A stretch of DNA of 64,000 bases, taken from an uncultured Gammaproteobacteria bacterium (GTDB lineage Bacteria > Pseudomonadota > Gammaproteobacteria > Steroidobacterales > Rariloculaceae). The stretch covers positions 2,485,285 to 2,549,284 of the forward strand of contig CAWAJM010000001.1 of NCBI GenBank assembly GCA_963782445.1. Reading direction: 5' to 3'. The notes under the pieces were generated by a model that searched no databases, was not told the DNA's origin, and was given only the letters and a program-made list of their open reading frames with translations. Position 1 is the stretch's first letter; the number at the start of each line of letters is the position of its first letter. Both the position numbers and the translations under genes were made by a program. This document shows positions 1 through 8,195 of this stretch, in pieces.

Positions 1-31
1 GGCCGCCGCCCCAGTGCGGGACCCCGAGCCT

Positions 32-619
32 TCAGACGCCGGGCAACATGCGCTGCAGGACGCCGTCCCGGCGCACGAAGTAATGCCACAGCGCGGCCGC
101 GACATGCACAGCCACGACGCCGAGCAGAACGTTCGTGAGCAGATCGTGCACATCCCCCGCCTCGTGGGCCCAGCGCATCGTATGGTCGGCCAGAGCCGGC
201 AGCGGGATGATCCCGAAAAGCCGCAGCTGATAGCCGAAAAACCCAGCCGCCGCCCAGCCGAGCACGGGAATGGCGATGAGCAATGCGTAGAGCACAAGGT
301 GCGTGAGCGCGGCGAGGACGCGCTCCCACGCGGCCATCGGCGCCGGCGGAACCGGGCGGACGATGCGCCATGCGAGGCGTACGAGCACGACGAGCATGAT
401 CAAGGCCCCGATGGACAGGTGCCAGGCGACGAGACCTTCCTGGGGAACGCCGGGCCGGATGTGCGGCATGGTCCAGCCGATGAGGATCTGGGCCGCGACG
501 AGAAAGAACACGAGCCAATGCAGCGTGCGCGCGGCCGTTCCGTAGGCCGCTTCGCGCGTGGACGGGCCCTGCGAAAGTGTCGAACCGCCCTGGCCGAGGT
601 CGCGTGTCGTGGTCGTCAT
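32..619 (-). CDS. Cytochrome b561 family diheme membrane protein
   Basis: Four hydrophobic segments with His ligands in typical positions (ARTLHWL, WHLSIG, LTHLVLY, DVHDLL, HVAAALWH); C-terminal 'RDGVLQRM'. Confidence 0.9.
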   Translation of the reverse strand: MTTTTRDLGQGGSTLSQGPSTREAAYGTAARTLHWLVFFLVAAQILIGWTMPHIRPGVPQEGLVAWHLSIGALIMLVVLVRLAWRIVRPVPPAPMAAWERVLAALTHLVLYALLIAIPVLGWAAAGFFGYQLRLFGIIPLPALADHTMRWAHEAGDVHDLLTNVLLGVVAVHVAAALWHYFVRRDGVLQRMLPGV

Positions 620-770
620 TGGCGCTTTGCCCTGCCTATTCGGGTCGTTTTCGTTGGGGCCGCGGTATCATCGCCGCGAAACGAGCGCAGGTAAAGACCG
701 CGGGCGGACGTGCGCCGCCTGGCGATCGCCCCAAGGCCCCGCTCGGCCGGCACCGACCCTGGTCGCAACC

Positions 771-1568
771 ATGGATGCAGCGCGATTCTTCAGCACGGGC
801 TGGACCCGGTTCCCCTTCGACCCGGCCGTCGCCGCCTGGGCCGCCGCGGCGCGCCCCGTCGCCGAGGCCTGCGCCGCGGCCCCCGAAAACCGCGCGCGCT
901 GGCTGCGTTGCGGCGGCACCTGGTTCGTGGGTGTCAATGCATTGCCTAACGATGCGTCCGGTGCCGTCCCGAGTGCGGGTGTGCCGCCGCTCGCCGGTGC
1001 CCCCGTCCGTTTCGTCGCCGAGGCGCTCGGGCTCGGGGCCTTCGCCTGGGACCGCGCGCAGGTCTCGGTCTGCTATGCCGGCTACCCGTTGCCCTCCCCC
1101 GGGGAATCGCCGGCCGCGTTCCGTTTTCGCCGCGACCGCGATGCCGCTCATGTGGACGGCGTCACGCGCTACGACGGCCGCCGTCGGCGGCTCGGCGAAA
1201 GGCACGGCTTCATCCTCGGCCTGCCGCTGGCGGACGCGCCGGTTGGCGCGTCCGACTTCGTGGTCTACGAGGGCTCGCACCAAATCGTGCGGCGCAGCCT
1301 GCAGGCGCGGTTCGAGGGGCTGGCGCCCGAGCGATGGGCCCGCGAGGACTTGACCGAGGCCTACGCGGCCGCGCGGCGGGCATGCTTCGAGACGTGCCGT
1401 CGCGTGACGGTTCACGCCGGCCCCGGCGAAGCCTACCTCGTCCATCGGCTCGCGCTGCATGGCGTCGCGCCCTGGGCCGGGGCGGCTCGCGGCGAGCGCG
1501 CGATCGCCTATTTCCGCCCGGATCCGTTTCCGGGCGCCCGACCCGCATGGTGGCTCGAGCGGCCCTGA
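771..1568 (+). CDS. Hypothetical protein, probable Fe(II)/2OG dioxygenase-like (PhyH-like) fold
   Basis: ATG at 771 (MDAARFFSTGW); HxD motif (AAHVDG) and a distal His (LALHGV) in a beta-rich C-terminus. Confidence 0.6.
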   Translation: MDAARFFSTGWTRFPFDPAVAAWAAAARPVAEACAAAPENRARWLRCGGTWFVGVNALPNDASGAVPSAGVPPLAGAPVRFVAEALGLGAFAWDRAQVSVCYAGYPLPSPGESPAAFRFRRDRDAAHVDGVTRYDGRRRRLGERHGFILGLPLADAPVGASDFVVYEGSHQIVRRSLQARFEGLAPERWAREDLTEAYAAARRACFETCRRVTVHAGPGEAYLVHRLALHGVAPWAGAARGERAIAYFRPDPFPGARPAWWLERP

Positions 1569-1715
1569 CTCGGCCGCGCGGCGCCGGCGCCGGCCGACGC
1601 TCGGATTAGACGGTGGCCCTCCGAATGCGCCCGTGCCGGGCGCCAGGGCGTATCATGGGCCGCGACGGATCGGCGCGGGGCACCTCGCCGGCCGCGGTGA
1701 CCCCGGGGGAGACCA

Positions 1716-3398
1716 ATGCAAAGAACCGTGCGACCTTTTCTATTTCTGCTTCCGCTCGCGGCCCTGGTGGGCGGGCCCGGCACCGCCGCGGCCGCGGGCC
1801 CCTGCGATTGGGCGCGCGACGTGCGGCTCGTCAACGGCAAGATCCATACGATGGACGCCGAGGACCGCGTCGTCGACGAGGTCACGATCCAGGAAGGCCG
1901 CTTCGCCTATATCGGGCCCGCGCCCAAGGGCCGGCTCGATCCGTGCACGAAGGTCGTGGACCTGCACGGCCGCACGGTCGTCCCGGGCCTCATCGACAAC
2001 CACAACCACTTCGCCCTGTTCAGCCGCCGCCCGGGCTACGACGTCATGGTCGAGACGGCGACGAACATCCCGGAGGCCATGGCCCTGCTCGCGCAGCGCG
2101 CGAAGAAGGTGCCGGCCGGTGCCTGGGTCACGACGATCGGCGACTGGACACCGCGCCTGTTCGCCGAAAGGCGCGCGCCGACGCTGGCCGAATTGGACCG
2201 CGCCGTTCCGAACCATCCGGTGCTGTTCGCAACGTTCGGACCCGCCGTCACGAATACGCTCGGCAAGCAATTCTTCGCGGCTCACGGCATCACGGTCGGC
2301 ACGAACGGCGCGCTCGCCGGTCCGGCCGCCACCAAGGCCGTGAACCTGCTGCGCGACATGCAAACGCCCGAGGACAGAGTGCGCAGCGCGCGCTACGCCC
2401 AGTCCTACGTGCTGCGCTACGGCCTGACGACAAGCGTCGACATGGGCGTCTTCGCCCGCCCGGGCAGCCCGGATCTGCAGGACAGCGCCACGCTCGACGG
2501 CATCGCGAGCGCCAATCCCTGGACGGCCTACGCGCAGATCCTCGCGCTCGACCACCGGCACGAGCTCGACGAGCGCGTCCGCCTGTTCATCATCTCGATG
2601 GACAAGTCCAAGGCGCTGCCGATTCTCAAGGCGCGGCTGCTCAATGTCTTTCCCAACTTCGGCGACGACATGCTGCGCGTCTCCGGCATCGGGGAGTTCG
2701 CGACTCCATGGATATTCGCTTACAACTGGAAAGCCGGGCAGCACCCGGACAACTACGAGGCCGCGCTGCAGATGGTTGCGAAGCACGGGTGGAGCTATCA
2801 GCAGCACACCTTGTCGCTCGCGGAGGTCCAGTTCACGGCCCGGACGTACGAGAAGGTCAACGCCGTCACGCCCATAGCAGGTCTGCACTGGTCCATCGCG
2901 CACGTGCCCAGCATCGACCCTGCGACGCTCAAGGCGATGAAGGCCATTGGCGTGGGCATGGCCCTGCACGGCTGGAAGTACTTGCAGGGCGCCGAGGGGA
3001 CGCCGGCGGGCCAACCCGCGGGCCCGCCCTATCGCACGATTCTCGAGAGCGGCGCGCATGTGGGCGCCGGCTCCGATGCGGGCGATATCGCGATGCTCGA
3101 TCCCTGGTTCAACATCTATTACATGGTCACGGGCAAGGACTGCACGGGCGCGCTCATCAACGCGGGCGAGCAGGTCACGCGCGAGCAGGCATTGCGTATG
3201 TATACGGCCGACAACGGCTGGTTCTTCCGAGAAGGCGACGCACTCGGATCCATGGAGACCGGTAAGCTCGGGGATCTCGTCGTGCTGAGCGACGACTACT
3301 TCGATCCGCAGCGCGTCTCGAACGAAGGTATCAAGCGGCTCGAGTCGGTGCTCACCGTCGTCGGCGGACGCGTCGTCTACGACGCGCTGCCCCGATAG
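1716..3398 (+). CDS. Secreted amidohydrolase-3 (YtcJ-like) family protein
   Basis: Signal peptide; 'LVNGKIHTMD', 'DLHGRTVVPGLIDNHNH', 'GAGSD', 'GSMETGKLGDLVVLS', 'LTVVGGRVVY'. Confidence 0.9.
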   Translation: MQRTVRPFLFLLPLAALVGGPGTAAAAGPCDWARDVRLVNGKIHTMDAEDRVVDEVTIQEGRFAYIGPAPKGRLDPCTKVVDLHGRTVVPGLIDNHNHFALFSRRPGYDVMVETATNIPEAMALLAQRAKKVPAGAWVTTIGDWTPRLFAERRAPTLAELDRAVPNHPVLFATFGPAVTNTLGKQFFAAHGITVGTNGALAGPAATKAVNLLRDMQTPEDRVRSARYAQSYVLRYGLTTSVDMGVFARPGSPDLQDSATLDGIASANPWTAYAQILALDHRHELDERVRLFIISMDKSKALPILKARLLNVFPNFGDDMLRVSGIGEFATPWIFAYNWKAGQHPDNYEAALQMVAKHGWSYQQHTLSLAEVQFTARTYEKVNAVTPIAGLHWSIAHVPSIDPATLKAMKAIGVGMALHGWKYLQGAEGTPAGQPAGPPYRTILESGAHVGAGSDAGDIAMLDPWFNIYYMVTGKDCTGALINAGEQVTREQALRMYTADNGWFFREGDALGSMETGKLGDLVVLSDDYFDPQRVSNEGIKRLESVLTVVGGRVVYDALPR

Positions 3399-3410
3399 CG
3401 AGGCGCCGCC

Positions 3411-3986
3411 CTACTTCAGCACGGGGAGGGTCTTCCACTCCGAGAAGCCGAGCAAATCGACGACGCCGTCGGTCGCGACCTCGCTCTCGGAGCGCTCGAC
3501 GAAAGCGGCCTCGTCGCGAATCGCTACGCCGAGGCCGCCGGCCGTCTCGATGAGACGCGAATGCCCCGCGAGCACGAGCGGCCGGGCCCGGGCGAGCTTG
3601 ATAGGCACGGCGTTGCGCGCACCGACCGCCGCGACGAGCGCAAAGCGCTCGTTCTTGCCGGCTTCGACGACGGCGTTGTCCCGAACGAGCGTCACGGCCC
3701 TGCCCGCGCGCAGATGGGCGGCCACCTCATAGCGGAGCGTCAGAACGTAAAGCTTCTCGGCCGGTCCCGTGATGCGCACGCACGGGCCCAGCGCGCCTCG
3801 CGTGCTGACCTTGATATCCGCGAAGAGTGGAAAGCTGATCTGCAGCGGCTCCCCGTTGCTGACCTTGTTGAACGCCAGCACGGAAAACACGAGATCGCGC
3901 ATGACCTGCTGCTCCTGGTCGGTCTGCATGACCAGGATATCGAGATGGTCCGAGATCGTCGTCGAGGAGATGACAGCCATAGACAA
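3411..3986 (-). CDS. Divergent Cas6f/Csy4-like (RAMP-fold) protein, solitary
   Basis: About 190 aa (TTG at 3986 or ATG at 3980). Motifs are collinear with Cas6f: 'DHLDIL', 'SVLAFN', 'LQISFPLFAD', 'LGPCVRITGPAEKL', C-terminal 'GVVDLLGFSEWKTLPVL'. The catalytic His and Arg-rich helix are not evident. Recognised by eye only. Confidence 0.5.
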   Translation of the reverse strand: MSMAVISSTTISDHLDILVMQTDQEQQVMRDLVFSVLAFNKVSNGEPLQISFPLFADIKVSTRGALGPCVRITGPAEKLYVLTLRYEVAAHLRAGRAVTLVRDNAVVEAGKNERFALVAAVGARNAVPIKLARARPLVLAGHSRLIETAGGLGVAIRDEAAFVERSESEVATDGVVDLLGFSEWKTLPVLK

Positions 3987-4124
3987 CAGTTCGCTTGCTT
4001 CGCGAGGCCGTCAACTTTACTCGAATCCGGCGCACCAGCCCAAGCGTTGAGGCGCCGCGCGACACAACTGATTGCGAAAACGCGTGCGCCGAGCGGCGCG
4101 GCCGAGGCGGCGGCTCGCCGGTCT

Positions 4125-4325
4125 GTTCAGCTCTGCAATCGCTACGAGAACCCGCGTGACGGGTCGGTGCCGCGCAACTCTTTCGGTGAATGGTTCTGGC
4201 TCGAGGGCGGGAAGATCCGCAACATCCGAACCGCCATGTGTTACCCGCCGCCGGAGCGCCCCGTTCCGAACTGGCCGCCCTACGACGGCGACTTTCCGCT
4301 CCCGGCGGCCGTCATCCCGCGCTAG
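4125..4325 (+). pseudogene. 3' remnant of a secreted NTF2/SnoaL-like protein gene
   Basis: 'NSFGEWFWLEGGKIRNIRTAMCYPPPERPVPNWPPYDG' resembles the C-termini of 11676-12605 (EFFAIKAGMIQEIHAV...GW) and 37459-38508 (EVFKIHNHKIGPIEAL...GW). No start codon or 5' part. Confidence 0.5.
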
Positions 4326-4461
4326 CAGGCAGCAACGGCGCAATCGGCGGCGCCGGATCGCGCTCCAGAATGTGTCACTCGTTGCAAATCCGGTGACTTC
4401 CGCCGGGGCGCGCCCGCAGGGGGCGCTGGCCGCGGCGCTGCGATTCGACATAACCCCAGGC

Positions 4462-4477
4462 TGGCATGCCGCATGCA
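4462..4477 (+). promoter_or_regulatory. Candidate sigma-54 (-24/-12) promoter
   Basis: TGGCATGCCGCATGCA has exact GG-N10-GC spacing, about 65 bp upstream of the ATG at 4543. Confidence 0.45.
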
Positions 4478-4542
4478 ACGCGGAGACCGGGCGACGCACG
4501 GCGCCCCGCCGGAAGAACAACACGAGAAAACCGGAGAGGCGC

Positions 4543-4914
4543 ATGAACGGAAGTGTCCTCGCTGCAATAGGCATCCTCCTCCTCGGGCTCGGGCCGCTCG
4601 CCCGTCCATCGCAACTCGGCGCGCACCGAACTGACCGTCTGCCGACCGCGACGGCCGAAACGGGGCCCGCGGTAAGTGCACGCGCCGCGGGCACTGCGGC
4701 CAAGGCGGACGAGGACCGTTCGCTGGCCGCCCTGTTCGCTGTGCCGCGACGCAAGCTCCTCAAGCTGCTCGCGGTTTGCCTGTTCGGCTTCGCCTCCTGT
4801 GCCCGGCTCATCCGGCGCGCAAGGCGCCCTGCGCCCCCGGCGGCCGGCTCGCGAACCGTCGTCGAGCGCGCGCGCAGCACGGAACATCGGCTCCGCCGGA
4901 GGGCCGCATCCTGA
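4543..4914 (+). CDS. Small hypothetical exported/membrane protein
   Basis: RBS GGAGAGG; N-terminal hydrophobic segment, Ala/Thr-rich linker, second hydrophobic segment followed by an Arg cluster. Confidence 0.5.
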   Translation: MNGSVLAAIGILLLGLGPLARPSQLGAHRTDRLPTATAETGPAVSARAAGTAAKADEDRSLAALFAVPRRKLLKLLAVCLFGFASCARLIRRARRPAPPAAGSRTVVERARSTEHRLRRRAAS

Positions 4915-4997
4915 TCGATGCGGGGCGCGTGTGACGGTCGTCACACTTGGCCGTCCCCGAGCCGGCCACAATGCGTATGCAGGCAGGGAGGACACGC

Positions 4998-5646
4998 ATG
5001 AACGTTCGCCGCATGGGATGTATCGCATTGCTCGCGCTTCTCGCGGCCGGGGCCGGTGCAGCGGCGGCGGAATCCGCCGGATCACGCGCCGGCGCACGGC
5101 TGGAGACGCCATCACGAGCGCCATGACCGCGACGACCGCCACGGCCGCCGCGACGGGGACGACCGGCACGACCGGGACGACGCGCCTCGGGACAGCGACT
5201 ACGTCGGCTACACCGGCGCCCATTGGCAGAACGACTACGACATCCTCTCCGGGCAGTGTAATCGCGCAGCCGTTGCAACCGTCGTCGGCGGCGTCGTGGG
5301 CGGCGTTTTGGCCGCCCACGTCAGCGCGCCGGAGCACCGCACGGTCGCCACCCTGATCGGCGCCGCAGCCGGCGCCCTCGTCGGCCGAAAGATCGGTCAC
5401 GAGCTCGACGAAGCGGACCGCGGCTGCTTCGGACATGCGCTCGAGATCGGCCGGCCGGGGCGCCGGGTCGTTTGGGCGAACCCGGCCGATGGCGTGCGCT
5501 ACGAAATGGTGCCGGGTAACCGGCAACCGAGGAACGGCGTAACCTGCCGGGCATTCACCCTCGTGGCGATCGCCGGCGGCGCTCGCTCGACCCGCACCGG
5601 CCTCGCCTGCCAGGCCTCCGAGGGGGTTTGGCGCGTCGCCCAGTGA
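4998..5646 (+). CDS. Glycine-zipper / 17-kDa surface-antigen-like protein with His/Asp/Arg-rich N-terminus (+1 frameshift near 5070)
   Basis: RBS GGAGG and ATG at 4998, then a signal peptide; continues in the +1 frame as PPDHAPAHGWRR...GGVVGGVL...GAAAGALVG...CRAFTL...ACQASEGVW. Confidence 0.75.
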
Positions 5647-5662
5647 CGCAGGCAGATGCCGG

Positions 5663-7229
5663 TCAGTGCCCTGCCCGCATCACCGCACCTCGCCCGTGCG
5701 ATCGGGGCCGCGACAGCCAGACGAGACCGGTCAGCAGCAGGAATACCCACGCGGAGCCCCAGAAGACGTCGTTGGTGGCCATCATGAACGCCTGCTGCAT
5801 GACCAGGTCGGCGAGCCGTTGGTTCGCCTGGGCCAGCGAGAGGCCCTGCGCCTGAAGCTCCGCGAGCCAATGGTGCAGCGATGGATCGTAGGCGCTCAAG
5901 CGCGCGGTCAGCCGGTGGTCGTGGAGCGAAGCCCGATGATCCCATAGGGTGACGCTGATCGAGGTGCCGAAGCCGAGCGCGAGCTGGCGTACGAAATTGA
6001 ACAGGCCCGAAGCGCTCGCGATTTCGCTGCCGTGCAGCCCCGTCAACGACAGCGTGATCAGCGGAATGAAAAAGCAGGCCGTGCCGATGCCCCAGGGCAG
6101 GCGCTGCAGAAAAATGTGGCCGAAAGAGACCTGCGTCGTGTTGTGGCCGGCCGCGAGCGAGATCGCGGCGAAGACCAGGAATCCGCAGGTCACGATGAGG
6201 CGCACGTCCACCTTGTCCGCGAGCCGCCCGACCAGCGGCGAGAAGACGACGCCGAGGATGCCGAACGACGCCGTTGCGAGACCCGCCGTCGTCGGCGTGT
6301 AGCCGAGCTGCGTCTGCAGCCAAAGCGGGAACAGCACGATGGCGCTGAAGAACGTCATGTACCCGAACGTCATGGCGATGGTGGCCACGGCGAAGTTGCG
6401 CCGTTTGAACAGGCGCAAGTCGACGATCGGGCGCTCCTCGCTCAGCTCCCAGAGCACGAAGAAGCCCAGCATGACCGCCGCGCCGATGCCGAGGACGATG
6501 ATCGTCGTCGACTCGAACCAAGCCTTGTCGTTGCCCTGATCGAGCATGATCTGCAGGCACGAAACGCCGACGACGAGCAGGCCGAGCCCAACGGCGTCGA
6601 TGCGCTCCCTGCGAATGGCCGTCTCGTGGCCGCGCAGCAGCGCCCAGGTGACCCAGGCCGCGACGAGCCCGATGGGCACGTTGATATAGAAGATCCACGA
6701 CCAGTTCAGGTTATCGGTGATCCAGCCGCCGAGTATCGGGCCCGCAACGGGACCGACGACGGCCGTCATGCCCCAAATGCCGTTGGCGAGGCCATGCTGC
6801 TCCCGGGGATAGTTGGCGAGCATCAGGCTCTGCGACAGCGGAATCATCGGGCCCGCGACCGCCCCCTGCAGGGCGCGGAACACGAGCAGCATGGGAAACG
6901 TGACCGAGAAGCCGCACAGCCACGAGAACAGCGTGAACAGCAAAGTGCAGAGCGCGAACAGCTTTACTTCGCCGACCTGCCTCGCGAGCCAACCGGAAAT
7001 GGGCACCGCGATGGCGTTGGCGACGGCGAACGACGTGATGATCCAGGTGCCCTGATCGGCGCTGACGCCGAGCGTCCCGGCGATCGTCGGAATGGAGACG
7101 TTTGCGATCGAGAACGTCGAGGACGTTCATGAAAACCGCCAGCGCCAGCGCGAGCGTCACGATCGCGCGCTGTGCCGGCGGCAGCGGCACGCGACCGCTA
7201 CTGGCTGCGCCGGCCCTCGTCTCCCTCAT
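5663..7229 (-). CDS. emrB: DHA2 family MFS efflux transporter (EmrB/QacA), +1 frameshift near 7113
   Basis: 'LAVFMNVLDV' joins 'SIANVSIPTIAG' after removing one base; 'FRALQG', 'GPILGGWITDNLNWSWIFYINVPIG', 'LQIMLDQG'. Confidence 0.85.
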
Positions 7230-7382
7230 CGCGGGAAACGATACCCCGGGCCCGAGGCAGCGGTCCAGAAGGCTGGGTTCGGCGCCGCTACCGTCCCGAG
7301 ACGCGGCGGTTGCGGCCGGGCCGATCGGCGTTAAGATCGACGTTGGGGGATTGCCGCGCACGGGCGCCGTCGAGGGGGGACG

Positions 7383-8195
7383 ATGGGGAGAGACATTCGC
7401 AGCGGCCTCGGAGGCCGCCGGCGCTCGGGGTTCAGTGCCCTCGGGCTGCTTGCCTGCGTCGTCGCGGCGGCCGCGCCGCTACGTGCTCAGCAGCATGCCG
7501 GCGAATACGAGGAGGCCGATATCGACTACGGGGCTCGGCTCTACGCGGGCCGCTGCATCACCTGTCATGGGGAGCGCGGCGATTCCATTCCGGGCATCAA
7601 CCTGCGCAGCGGCGTCTTTCCGAAGGCGCCGACGGACCGCGAGCTCTCCGATATCCTGCGTGACGGCATACCCGGCACGGCCATGGTGCCGACGGGCTAC
7701 AACGACACCGAGCGCAATGCGCTCGTGGCCTATCTCAGGAACATGAGCCGTGTGGACCTCGAGGGCCTGCCGCAAGGCGACGCGGCCCGCGGCCGGGCGC
7801 TGTTCGAGGGCAAGGCGCACTGCAACGGCTGCCACCGCGTGAACGGCAAGGGCCCGCGCACGGCGCCGGACCTCAGCGACATCGGCGCGACACGGACGGC
7901 CGGAACGCTGCAGCGCGAACTGCTCGACCCGTCGGCCGCGATGCAGCCCATCAACCGTCCCGTGCACATCGTGACTCGGGGCGGCAAGGTCGTCGACGGG
8001 CGCCGGCTCAACGAGGATACCTGGACGCTGCAGCTCATCGACGACGACGGCGACCTGGTGGCGCTCGACAAGGCCGATCTGCGCGAGTACCGCGTGCTAA
8101 CGGAATCGCCGATGCCGTCCTATGCCGAGACGCTGACGGACGCGGAGCGGGCCGACGTGCTCGCCTACCTGCTTTCGCTCAAGGGGGCCGAATGA
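7383..8195 (+). CDS. Diheme c-type cytochrome, putative partner of the downstream PQQ dehydrogenase
   Basis: Signal peptide; two CxxCH motifs (CITCH, CNGCH); 'SPMPSY'; stop overlaps the next start. Confidence 0.85.
   Translation: MGRDIRSGLGGRRRSGFSALGLLACVVAAAAPLRAQQHAGEYEEADIDYGARLYAGRCITCHGERGDSIPGINLRSGVFPKAPTDRELSDILRDGIPGTAMVPTGYNDTERNALVAYLRNMSRVDLEGLPQGDAARGRALFEGKAHCNGCHRVNGKGPRTAPDLSDIGATRTAGTLQRELLDPSAAMQPINRPVHIVTRGGKVVDGRRLNEDTWTLQLIDDDGDLVALDKADLREYRVLTESPMPSYAETLTDAERADVLAYLLSLKGAE

Noticed and set aside
3987..4540. CRISPR array or single I-F repeat next to the Cas6f-like gene
   Set aside because: No repeated 28-37 bp unit with spacers. GTTCGC/GTTCAG starts at about 3989 and 4125 lack the CTGCC...GGCAG hairpin.
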